Positions 12,935 to 23,613 of a stretch of 64,000 nt of DNA are shown here, piece after piece (position 1 is the stretch's first letter; every line of letters begins with the position of its first letter). A program made the translations under genes and the position numbers. A model generated the notes under the pieces. It was not told where the DNA came from. It ran no database searches and saw only the letters and a list, made by a program, of their open reading frames with translations. This DNA is from Squalus acanthias (lineage: Eukaryota): assembly GCA_030390025.1 (NCBI GenBank), contig CM059432.1:56298001-56362000 (forward strand), given 5' to 3'.

Positions 12935-14242
12935 CTTGGAGAGGTTTAAGCTAATTAAGGAGAGCCAACACGGATTTGTAAAAGGCAGATTGTGTTTGAC
13001 TAATCTAATTGAATTTTTTGATGAAGTAACAGGGAGGATTGATGAAGGGAATGCAATGGATGTTGTCTATATGGATTTTAGGAAGGCGTTTGGCAAAGTA
13101 CCACATAGAAGGGTGGTTAACAAAATTGAGGCTCATGGAATAGGTGGGTCAGTGGCAGCTTGGATAAGGAATTGTCTTAAGGACAGAAAACAGTGAGTTG
13201 TGGTAAATGGCTACTTTTCAGACTGGAGGATGGTAGACAGTGGTGTTCCCCAAGGGTCAGTGCTGGGGCCACTGCTTTTTTTGGTATATATGAATGACCT
13301 AGATATTGGAATACAGAGTAGAATTTCTAAATTTGCCGATGACACCAAACTTGGGGGCGTGGCAAACAGTGATGATATCGATCGACTGCAACATGACATA
13401 GAAAGGCTAGCAGAATGGGCAGACAAGTGGCAGATGGAATTTAATACAGAGAAGTATGAGGTGATGCATTTTGGCAGAAGGAACAGGGAGAGGCAATATA
13501 CACTTAATGGCACAGTTTTAAAGAGTGTTCAGGGGTAGAGGGACCTGGGAGTTAATGTGCATAGGTCCCTGAAGGTGGCAGGACATATTGAGAGAGTGGT
13601 TAGCAAAGCATATGGGATCTTGGGCTTCATAAATAGAGGTATTGAGTACAAAAGTAGAGAAGTTATGCTGAACCTTTATAAGGCGCTGGTTAGGCTACAA
13701 CTGGAGTATTGCGTCCAGTTTCTGGTCGCCACACTTTAGGAAGAATGTGAAAGCACTTGAGAGGGTGCAGAGGAGATTTACCAGAATGGTTCCGGGGATG
13801 GGGGATCTTAGCTACAAGGACAGGTTGGAGAAGCTGGATTTGTTTTCATTAGAGCAAAGGAGGTTGAGTGGTGCTTTGATAGAGGTGTACAAGATTATGA
13901 TGGGTTTGGATAGGCGAGGTGGGGAAAGGCTGTTCCCACTAGTTCATGGTCCATGGACTAGGACACAGATTTAAGGTTTTGGGCAAGAGATACAGGGTGG
14001 ATGTGAGGGAAAACCTTTTTACACAGTGAGTGATAACCTGGAACTCGCTGCTGACTGAAGTGGTGGAAGCGGACACACTCAATGTTTTCAAGGGGAGATT
14101 GGATAGGCACTTGAGGGAAATAAACTTGCAGGGCTATGGGGATAGAGCGGGTGAATGGCACTGACTGGATTGCTCTACAGAGAGCTGGCACGGACTCGAT
14201 GGGCTGAATGGCCTCCTTCTGTGCCTCTATGACTATGACTCT
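12935..14242 (+). mobile_element. CR1 LINE, 5'-truncated RT and 3' UTR
   Basis: [50 protein letters not shown], with stops and frameshifts; tail ctatgactatgact. Confidence 0.92.
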
Positions 14243-14539
14243 TGCACTTCCCTTGTGTCCCCCATGAACCAATTTGCTACAACCCTGTGATTTTCTGCCT
14301 CTGTGGAAATTTTGTACATATTAGGTCTCAAAATCCTTGAACACCAATGCCCTGACACTTTCTCTCCCAGGTAGTTTAGAGGACAGGATTATCAACACAT
14401 TGGAATCTGAGCCCAGCTCAAGTATAATCAAGCTAATATTTATTTACACAACTTAAGCAATTGGCACATGCATGTTTTTTACTTCTTCCATTTTCTCTCA
14501 TTTCCTCAGGCTTCCCACTTCCTTGGCTATTTACACTCA

Positions 14540-15230
14540 TATGAACATAAGAAAATGATGGACAGGAATATACCCAGTGGTCCATCTAGCCTGTCAAATA
14601 CAGTTGTGATGTCTTGTGCATGATGATACAGACACTCACTACCTACCTGGGCCATGCAATCTCCTGGGAGAGGCGAAAAAACAGATTTAAAAACCCAGGC
14701 CAACTAGGGAAAATTCCTCTCCGACCCCTTTTGGTGATCAAAACTAGTCAAAGAGATCACAATTGATCTAAATTACGAGGTGATCTCTGCCCCAGTCCCA
14801 AAAAAGTCCAGCTCTCTTGCGAAGGAATGCAGCTAATCAGCATTCACCAAATGAGCCGGCAACCTAGTCTACTATTCTGTGGAAAGAACCGCCTAACATT
14901 CAACCTAGTTCTACCCTTCCATAACTTGTAAGTGTGACCCTTGGTCCTCCTGAACCAGTCCAGTTGAAATAATTGGTCCACATAAACACAATCTGGTTCT
15001 GTAGTTATTTTATAAACCTTGATCAAATTACCTGAGTCATTGCTTTTCTGAAGTATTCAGATCCAGCTCTTTGAGCCTATCTGGGTAGTTAAAGGTACTT
15101 TAAATTGTGAATTAATCTTATGGCCCTCCTTTACACCCTTTCCAAAGCCTCAATGTGCTCCCAGCTTGTGAGGAGACCAAAACTGGACACTGTATCCTAA
15201 CTGAGGCCTAACCAAGGCCTTGCACAAAGG
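14540..15230 (-). mobile_element. Decayed CR1 3' fragment
   Basis: MIKVYKI..RTKGHTYKL..RLNVRRFF (CR1 C-terminus); aacataagaa tail at the left end. Confidence 0.7.
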
Positions 15231-15312
15231 AGAAAATTGTATGCTTTATTTTTAAGTATATATACATTTCCTTTTTCTGATTTGTGTTAATGCGGCTGTC
15301 TGCCTCTTGGGT

Positions 15313-15432
15313 TCCAGTTCTGCAGAAGGGTCTGCCCCTGAAACAAATTTGCCTGTTCTCTGCACAGGTGCTGATTGACCTGCTGTGTATTTCCAGCCTT
15401 GTGTTTTTGTTTCAAATTTCCAGTGTCTGCTG
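15313..15432 (+). mobile_element. Degenerate Penelope pLTR with hammerhead remnant
   Basis: ccagttctgcagaagggtctgcccctgaaac ... caggtgctgattgacctgctgtgtatttccagc; the CUGANGA core is mutated. Confidence 0.55.
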
Positions 15433-16277
15433 AACAGTTCTCAATGCATATAATCTCCAGCTCTTGTTTTCAGTTCCTTTTCACCCAGAGTCACCCTGTT
15501 TCCTAGCTTTTTGTGGTTTAGCTTTTCTCTTTCCCTTTGTCATTCACCTCTCCAGATGACATCTTTCTGGCTCATTTAATACATCAATACTATTTGGAAG
15601 CCCAAGATCAAGGCCACCTTCAGGAAACCAGACACTCTGGAGCCTGATGCCTAATTTAGCTATACACCAGTCTTCGCTTTTATATTGAGTAGGATGTATT
15701 AACTTCTATCAATGCACACAGCTAGATCTGCCTCTGTTTACCTGTATACAATGAATGCTAAGGAATTTGTGTCTCCCATCTTCTGGTCGACATTGCTCGA
15801 AGAAAAAAAAATTCTTACCCAAGATTTAATTAGTCTTGGAAACAATCGTTCAAATTCTGAATGCAGTCTATCCTCATAATTCAAAGTCATGTTTTGAGCT
15901 AAAATATTTGAATTATACAGTATTTCAAATTAAATATAAAAATTGAAACTGCCAAGTAGGAATTTAGGGGTAAAAATTCAGTTGGTTGTGCCTCCCGTTA
16001 GCGCCTTAAGAGGGCGCTAATGGGGCGCAAAGCCGCTAACGCCCGGGCGCAGCGATGTTTGCGCCGCTTGGGAACTTAACTAGAGATTGTGCGGCGGCGC
16101 TAAAACTTACCGCTGCGACCACCTGCGCGCGCAGATTGTGACGTCATTCCATGGTGCAACGCCCTTGTGGCGCCCCGGACCGGAAATTGAGTGGCGCCCC
16201 CTGCCTTACCGCCTGGCGCATCCAACGACCGGAAGACTGGAACGCTATCAATCGCTGTGGGGCTGGGGGGGGGGCGC

Positions 16278-16285
16278 TATTTAAA
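16278..16285 (+). promoter_or_regulatory. Candidate TATA box of the Harbinger transposase gene
   Basis: TATTTAAA downstream of a G-rich tract, about 190 nt upstream of ATG 16476. A similar CTTAAAG lies upstream of the Myb-like gene on - near 19850. Confidence 0.4.
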
Positions 16286-16555
16286 GGGGGCCTCTTCCTG
16301 TCTTTTTCTGTGGTCGACATTTTTGCACCACTCGTTCTGAGAGAGAGACATTCGGAGAGAGAGAAAGAGAGACTTCTACATTGACTCAACGCTTTGTGAG
16401 GTAGTTTTGCCTATTGATCCTAACTTCGCTGGTACTTTAGTTGCTGTCCTTCATTACTTTGCTTGCAAAGAGAATATGGGGGCTGCACTGATTGGGGGCG
16501 TCGTCCTGCTCCAGCTGAATTGGAGGATACAGAGACGCAGAGAGAGAGAGTGGCA

Positions 16556-17638
16556 ATGATGGCCAGACGGAGGAGGGCCATCAGGCGTATGTACAGGAGA
16601 GCTTACCCTCCCAGGGTATATCGTGAACAGCTCTCCTACATCCATATGTCTGAGGAGCTGTGTTTGCGAAGGCTGCGATTCAGCAAGGAGGTGGTCACTG
16701 AGCTCTGCCACCTGCTGCAGCCAGATCTGCAGCCTCAACTGAGGTCCAGGACGTCTCTGTCGGTGGCAGTGAAGGTCACAGTGGCTCTCAACTTTTACGC
16801 TACTGGCTCATTTCAAGCTGCTGCTGGGGACCTCGCCAATATCTCCCAGTTCGCGGTGCATTGCTGCATCCGGCAGGTCACAAATGCCCTCTTTAAAAGG
16901 AGACGAGAGTTCATCTCTTTCCCCATGACCCCAGACAAGCAGCGTGACCGCGCTCTGGGCTTTGCGAGGGTAGCGGGCTTCCCCATGGTGCAGGGCGCCA
17001 TTGACTGCACGCATGTGGCTTTGCGTGCTCCGCATGAGAATGCCGAGGAATTCCGGAACAGAAAGGGGTTCCATTCCTTGAATGTTCAGTTGGTCTGTGA
17101 CCACAGACAGCTGATACTCGCTGTCAATGCCCAGTATCCTGGCAGCTGCCACGATGCTTTTATCCTGCGCCAGACTACTGTGGCAGAACTTTTCGAGGCA
17201 CCGCATCAGCCAGTTGGTTGGCTTCTCGGGGACAAGGGGTATGCATTGAGCACCTGGCTGATGACACCGCTCCGTACGCCCAACACCCCTGCTGAGCTGC
17301 GGGACAATGAGAGCCATCAAGCTACCAGGAACATAATTGAGCGCACAATCGGCGTGCTGAAGCAACGGTTCCGCTGTCTCGACCATTCTGGAGGAGCCCT
17401 GCAGTACTCGCCTGAGCGAGTATCGAACTTCGTAGTCGTGTGCTGCATGTTGCATAACATGGCAATCCTCAGGACCCAGCCAATGCCACCAGGCCTTGGA
17501 GCACCACCAGAGGAGGAAGAGGAAGAGGAGGAAGAGGACGAGGAGGATGATCATCAGCAGCACCAAGGCGGGAGGGCGGCCCACAATGGTCAAACTGCAA
17601 GGGCCGTCCGTCAACGGCTAATAGCAAGCCGCTTCTAG
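16556..17638 (+). CDS. Harbinger DDE transposase (HARBI1-like, DDE_Tnp_4); 360 aa from ATG 16556, ancestral start probably ATG 16476
   Basis: Motifs RLRFSKE, ALNFYATGSFQ, ANISQFAVH (HTH), GAIDCTH, NRKGFHSLNVQLVCD, PGSCHDAFIL, LLGDKGY, RNIIERTIGVLKQRFRCL, CCMLHN; acidic C-terminal tail; no internal stop. Confidence 0.93.
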   Translation: MMARRRRAIRRMYRRAYPPRVYREQLSYIHMSEELCLRRLRFSKEVVTELCHLLQPDLQPQLRSRTSLSVAVKVTVALNFYATGSFQAAAGDLANISQFAVHCCIRQVTNALFKRRREFISFPMTPDKQRDRALGFARVAGFPMVQGAIDCTHVALRAPHENAEEFRNRKGFHSLNVQLVCDHRQLILAVNAQYPGSCHDAFILRQTTVAELFEAPHQPVGWLLGDKGYALSTWLMTPLRTPNTPAELRDNESHQATRNIIERTIGVLKQRFRCLDHSGGALQYSPERVSNFVVVCCMLHNMAILRTQPMPPGLGAPPEEEEEEEEEDEEDDHQQHQGGRAAHNGQTARAVRQRLIASRF

Positions 17639-17933
17639 GGCCCCTGCCATTGCTAACAACATTAATGAACCCAGCACGCAACCCCTAAGCCGGCCAAGGC
17701 ACCAATAATTCCAACCACCAACCATGTATATTTTGAATACAGAAACTTATTTATTTTACAAACTCTGTGTGTGTCAATTCCTCATGACAAACTCATAGAA
17801 ATAAACACAAAAAAACAGTCAATAACATAACTGGTTCTCACAACCTGGAGATAATGTCCAAAACACTAAACAAAAGTTGGACCATGAACCTCGACCTTTA
17901 ATAAAAAAAATGACCAGCATTTTGTCACACCTC

Positions 17934-18913
17934 CTACTTTTTGCCCTTCGAGGGTGATCTCCTTCCCTTGCGCACTTCCCCCCTTCTAACCCTACTGCTC
18001 CTCCGTAATGGGACCTCAGTGGCTGCAGCAAGGCTGGTGGAAGGCTGCTGCTCGTCAGACCCTGACACTGCAGATGCCCCTGAAGGACGGCCTCGACCAC
18101 TTCTGGGCCTGGAGGGCCCGGCTGCAGACTGCACCAACTCTGCATGGGCGGCAGCAGTCTGTCCTACAGGCGGTGGCAAGTGCAGTGGAGAAGTGACAGT
18201 GTTGGCAGCAGGAATGCTGTCATCGTGAGAGAGGACAGCAACTCCCTGCTCGCCCGACACACTGGCACTCCCACGGGGCAGCACTTCAGCATCCGGAGCA
18301 ATCTGCCGGAGAACAGATTGCTGGCCTGCTGCGGCGCGGTGAGAGCCCCGGGGACATGTGAACGAACCATCGAGGTTGGCAGCAGTCTGTGCTCGCGTGG
18401 CCTCAATCTGAGTCTGCATGAGAGCAGTCAGAGATGGGATCACGGCAGCCAGTGACTGAATTGCAGCACTAAGCGTTAGTGTGGCATCTGCCTGTGCTAC
18501 AGCGAAGTGCTCCACACTCCTTGCCAGTGACTCAATGCATTCGGGCACCCTTCCCACTGCACCCATGAGCTCAGTGTGCATGCCCACCGCCTGGGTGTTC
18601 ATTTCTGCGATCAGCCGCTCCTCCTCTGCGTCCATTGCAGTAGGAGTCTCTGGCATACTCTCCCTCTGGGGAGAAGGCCCCCGTTCTTCCCTACCACCCC
18701 CATGGCGTTGCTGCAGCCCGCTGGGTCCTGGAGCTTCACCCTCATCAGACCCTTCCCCCCTGCTCCCCTCCAGGGAAGGCGTGTTCCCAGTGTGGGCATG
18801 GGCTTCCTCGGGAGAGGGTGGCACTGATGCTCCGGCTTCCTCTTCCTCCTCGGCTGCAGCATCACTCCCAGTGGCAGCTTCAGGGCCCGTCTCCTCAGCT
18901 GGTGAATCACCAT
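17934..18913 (-). CDS. Harbinger Myb/SANT-like DNA-binding protein, exon 3 (980 nt, contains stop)
   Basis: Acceptor ttgtacctccctgctttcag|AT at 18914/18913. The phase-1 join reads in frame into ORF 17934..18824 (coiled-coil-like middle, basic NLS-like end RRGEVRKGRRSPSKGKK). Confidence 0.8.
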
Positions 18914-19072
18914 CTGAAAGCAGGGAGGTACAAGAGTGGCTTTAGCGTGAGGACAGGGTGGCAGTAAGGGAGGAATAAGTGCAGCGAGTTAGCAAGTTGG
19001 ATTGAAACTGTCAAAGGCTGGTGTTGTGAGGGACAAGTGGAAGGACAGAGGACAAAAAGGTGATGACCTTAC

Positions 19073-19235
19073 CATTGCTGTCCAGAACGGGGTCGGCGTC
19101 TCCAGTGGCGACGGGACCGATCACCTGGCTTGCCACAATCCTGTGGACGCGCTCCTCAAGATCGCTGTGGGGTTGCAGCTGAGGCCGCCCTCCACCTGTC
19201 CGTTGCTGCTGTCTCCGATTATGCGCCAGCTTGTC
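19073..19235 (-). CDS. Harbinger Myb/SANT-like protein, exon 2 (163 nt)
   Basis: tcctttttcttacag|GAC AAG ... AAT G|gtaagg; DKLAHNRRQQQRTGGGRP contains the TGGG motif typical after the Myb_DNA-bind_5 domain. Confidence 0.85.
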
Positions 19236-19266
19236 CTGTAAGAAAAAGGACAGCATCTGAGTAAAT

Positions 19267-19375
19267 ATACAGCCATGGTCTTGCCTGATGTGCCTCCCAT
19301 AGGTGAATAGCCCTTACTGTATATAGCCATGGTCTTGCCTGATGTGCCTCCCATAGGTGAATAGCCCTTACTGTA
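19267..19375. repeat. 54-bp tandem duplication in intron 1 of the Myb-like gene
   Basis: agccatggtcttgcctgatgtgcctcccataggtgaatagcccttactgtat starts at both 19271 and 19325. Confidence 0.9.
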
Positions 19376-19517
19376 TGCAAAGTGTGGAATGTGTGTGTGT
19401 TTGATGAAAGGGCCATAGGTGTTGGATGAGTGTTGTGCATTGGGGTTTTAAGACCCTCTGGCCATAGAGTGAGGTTGAGATGGAGGGATGGAGAGGTATT
19501 GAGAAAAAGCCACTCAC

Positions 19518-19754
19518 CCTGATGACCCGAGTGAGGTCGTTGAACTTTTTGCGGCATTGAGTATGGGTCCTGGGCACCATGCTCCTGGAGGAGACGCTCT
19601 GAGCCACCTCCCTCCACACTCTTCTGAACTCGCGTGGCAAAGGCCTCCTGCCACTCTCAGGGAAGAGCATACATCTTCTGCGCTCCACCGCGCCAACCAG
19701 AGCATCCAAGGCCCGCTCGGTGAAGCGATGAGCGCGTTCTTTCACCCTCTCCAT
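19518..19754 (-). CDS. Harbinger Myb/SANT-like protein, exon 1 (237 nt; trihelix/Myb DNA-binding domain)
   Basis: MERVKERAHRFTERALDALVGAVERRRCMLF..RRVWREVAQSVSSRSMVPRTHTQCRKKFNDL; donor AGG|gtgagt. Confidence 0.88.
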
Positions 19755-20304
19755 CCTTGGCAGCAAAATGGATTCACAGGTCTCTCCAGGCCGAGATTCA
19801 AGGCTGCAATGAGCAGGGTGTGGCTGGGGAGCAAGTTGGCCCCCCCCGCTTTAAGAAGTGGCCGGCGCCAGTGTGTCTGTGTTCCCTCGCTAACTGGCAG
19901 CAGCTGCGCTGCGCTCGCGCGCTGAGTTAGCGCCTCACTGCTCGGCCTTTGCGCCTTAAGACAGGTGTGCAGCGCCTGATTTAGCGCTCCACTCACCTCC
20001 CGGGGCGGTAAAAGTGAAGTTTCCAGTCAGTGCCGATAATTAGCGCCAGGCGCTAATATTTGCGTCCAGACGATATTTGCGCCCCAAATGGGGCGCGACC
20101 TAATTTTTACCCCTCAGTGTTTAAAATTTGAGTTGTCAGAATATTCAAATTGTGACTGAATTAAGAGAATAGACTGAATCAAAATGACCCAGCATTGCTA
20201 GCAAATTATTTGCCATACAATGTATTGCAATAGAATTTTTGTGTTAATAAAATGAGGATGCAAGTTTATGCTTGATCTCACAATTGCACTGAACAATTTG
20301 ACTT

Positions 20305-23300
20305 TTTAAAAATTTCTTTTATGGGATCTGGGCGTCACTGGCAAGGCCATCATTTATTGCCCATTCCCTAATTGCCCTCGAGAAGGTGGTGGTGAGCCGC
20401 CTTCTTGAACCGCTGCAGTCTGTGTGGTGAAGGTACTCCCACAGTGCTGTTCGGTAGGGAGTTCCAGGATTTTGACCCAGCGACGATGAAGGATCGGCGA
20501 TATACTTCGAAGTCAGGATGGTGTGTGACTTGGAGGGGAACTTGGAGGTGGTGGTGTTCCCATGCGCCTGCTGCCTTTGTCCTTCTAGGTGGAAGAGGTC
20601 GCGGGTTTGGGAGGTGCTGCCGAAGAAGCCTTGGCGAGTTGCTGGAGTGCATCTTGTAGATGGTACACACTGCAGCCACGGTACGCCGGTGGTGGAGGGA
20701 GTGCATGTTTAAGTTGGTGGATGGGGTGCCAATCAAGCGGGCTGCTTTGTCCTGGATGGTGTCGAGCTTCTTGAGTGTTGTTGGAGCTGCACTCATCCAG
20801 GCAACTGGAGAGTATTCCATCACACTTCTTACTTGTGCCTTGTAGATGGTAGAAAGGCTTTGGGGAGTCAGGAGGTGAAACGCTTGCTGCAGAATACCTA
20901 GCCTCTGCCCTGCTCTTGTTGCCACAGTATTTATGTGGCTGGTCCAGTTAAGTTTCTGGTCAATGGTGACCCCCAGGATGTTGATGGTGGGGGATTTGGC
21001 GATGGTAATGCCATTGAATGTCAAGGGGCGGTGGTTAGACTCTCGCTTGTTGGAGATAGTCATTGCCTGGCACTTCTGCGGCGTGAATTTTATCTGCCAC
21101 TTATCAGCCCAAGCCTGAACATCGTCCAGGTCTTGTTGCATGCGGGCATGGACTGCTTCATTATCTGAGGAGTTGTGAATGGCACTGAACACTGTGCAGT
21201 CATCAGCAAACATCCCCATTTCTGACCTTATGTTGGAGGGAAGGTCATTGATGAAGCAACTGAAGACGGTTGGGCCTAGGACACTGCCCTGAGGAACTCC
21301 TGCAGCGATGTCCTGGGGCTGTGAAGATTGACCTTCAATCACCATAACCATCTTCCTTTGTGCTAGGTATGACTCCAGCCAGTGGAGAGTTTTCTCCCCG
21401 ATTCTCATTGACTTCAGTTTTACTAGGGCTCCTTCATGCTACACTTGGTCAAATGCTGCCATGATGTCAAGGGCAGTCACTCTCACCTCACCTCTGGAAT
21501 TCAGCTCCTTTGTCCATGTTTGGACCAAGGCTGTAATGAGGTCGGGAGCCGAGTGGTCTTGGCGGAACCCAAACTGGGTATCATAGGTGAGTAAGTGCCG
21601 CTTGATAGCACTGTTGATGACACCTTCCATCACTTTGCTGATGATTGAGAGTAGACTGATGGAGCGGTAATTGGCCGGAATGGATTTGTCCTGTTTTTTG
21701 TGGACAGGACATACCTGGGCAGTCTTCCACATTGTCGGATAGATGCCAGTGTTGTAGCTGTACTGGAACAGCTTGGCTCGAGGCGTGGCTAGTTCTGGAG
21801 CACAAGTCTTCAGCACGATAGCCGGGATGTTGTCAGGACCCATAGCCTTTGCTGTATCCAGTGCGCTGAGCCGTTTCTTGATATCACGTGGAGTGAATCG
21901 AATTGGCTGAAGACTGGCTTCTGTGATGGTGGGGACCTCAGGAGGAGGCCGATATGGATCATCCCACTCTGCACTTCTGGCTGAAGATGGTTGCAAATGC
22001 TTCAGCCTTGTCTTTTGCACTCACGTGCTGGGCTCCACCATCATTGAGGATGGGGATATTCTTGGAGCCTCCTCCTCCCGTTAGTTGTTTAATGGTCCAC
22101 CACCATTCACGACTAGATGTGGCAGGACTGCAGAGCTTTGATCTGATCCGTTGATTGTGGGATCGCTTAGCCCTGTCTATAGCATGCTGCTTCTGCTTTT
22201 TAGCACACATGTAGTCCTGTGTTGCAGCTTCCCCAGGTTAGCACCTCATTTTTAGGTATGCCTGGTGCTGCTCCTGGCATGCTCTTCCACACTCCTTATT
22301 GAACCAGGGTTGGTCTCCTGGCTTGATGGTAATGGTAGAGTGAGGGATATGCCGGGCCATGAGGTTACAGATTGTGGTGGAATACAATTCTACTGCTGCT
22401 GATGGCCCACAGCGCCTTATGGATGCCCAGTTTTGAGCTGCAAGATCTGTTCTGAATCTATCCCATTTAACACGGTGGTAGTGCCACACAACACGATGGA
22501 GGGTGTCCTCAGTGTGAATACGGGACTTCGTCTCCACAAGGACTGTGCGGTGGTCACTGCTACCAATACTGTCATGGACAGATGCATCTGCGAGAGGTAG
22601 ATTGGTGAGGACAAGGTCAAGTAAGTTTTTCCCCTCGCGTTGGCTTCTCTCACCACCTGTCACAGGCCCAGACTGCCAGTTATGTCCTTCTGGGCTCGGT
22701 CAGTAGTGGTGCTACCAAGGCACTCTTGGTGATGGCCATTGAAGTCCCCCACCCAGAGTGCATTCTGGCCCTTGCTACTCTCAGTGCTTCTTCCAAGTGG
22801 TGTTCAACATGGCGGAGTGCTGATTCATCAGCTGAGGGAGGGCGTTAGGTGGTAATCAGCAGGAGCTTTCCTTGTCCATGCTTGACCTGAAGCCATGAGA
22901 CTTCATGGGGTCCGGAGTCAATGTTGAGGACTCCCAGGGCCACTCCTTCCCAACTGTATACCACTGTGCCGCCACCCCTGGTGGGTCTGTCCTGTCGGTT
23001 CTACAGGACATACCCAGGGATGGTGATGGAGGAGTTTGGGACACTGGCTGAAAGTTATGATTCTGTGAGTATGACTATGTCAGGCTGTTGCTTGACTAGT
23101 CTGTGGGACAGCTCTCCCAATTTTGGCACAAGTCCCCAGATGTTGGTGAGGAGTACTTTGCAGGATTGACTGGGCTGGGTGTGCCGTTGCCGTGTCGGTA
23201 GCCGGTGCCGAGGTCGATGCTGGGTGGTCCGTCCGGTTTCTTTCTTATGATTTTGTTTCGTAGTGGTTTGTTACAACTGAGTGGCTTGCTGGGCCATTTC

Positions 23301-23432
23301 TGAGGGCAGTTAAGAGTCAACCACATTGCTGTGGGTCTGGAGTCACATATAGGCCAGACCAGCTAAGGACGGCAGATTTCCTTCCCTAAAGGACATTACG
23401 ACAATCCGATAGTTTCATGGTTACCATTACTG
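20305..23432 (-). mobile_element. Near full-length single-ORF LINE (APE endonuclease + RT; CR1/L2 group), disrupted
   Basis: APE start LTNIWGLVPKLGELSHRLVKQQPDIVILTES near 23150, [51 protein letters not shown]. Several stops and frameshifts. Confidence 0.9.
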
Positions 23433-23613
23433 TGAACAGGCATTTTGAAGTGTGCTATTACTTTCAGCTGAAAAAAGAATTTTCTCGCCCTCCCACCCCA
23501 TAAATCCTTTTTGTGCAGCAGTGTAAATATAGAATGAGAGATAATTGCATTCTGAAGGCTTTTAAGAGTCTCTTGCTGTATAAGGTTAGGGTTAAAAGAA
23601 GGAAATGGGAAGG

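Larger units (their letters stand above)
15967..20113 (+). mobile_element. Full-length PIF/Harbinger DNA transposon (two-gene, autonomous architecture)
   Basis: 12-bp perfect TIR GGGGTAAAAATT (15967-15978) / AATTTTTACCCC (20102-20113); flanking trinucleotides TTA and TCA; GC/CpG-rich subterminal palindromes; convergent transposase and Myb-like genes. Confidence 0.93.

Noticed and set aside
16808..17614. 268-aa antisense ORF inside the transposase, and other overlapping ORFs at 17.8-19.9 kb
   Set aside because: Shadow frames of GC-rich coding sequence with no recognisable motifs.
16463..17638. Domesticated host gene HARBI1 (or NAIF1/MSANTD for the Myb ORF)
   Set aside because: Both genes lie between TIRs and a related non-autonomous copy exists in the window, so this is a transposon rather than the domesticated locus. 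The TTG start at 16463 is also unlikely in a eukaryote.
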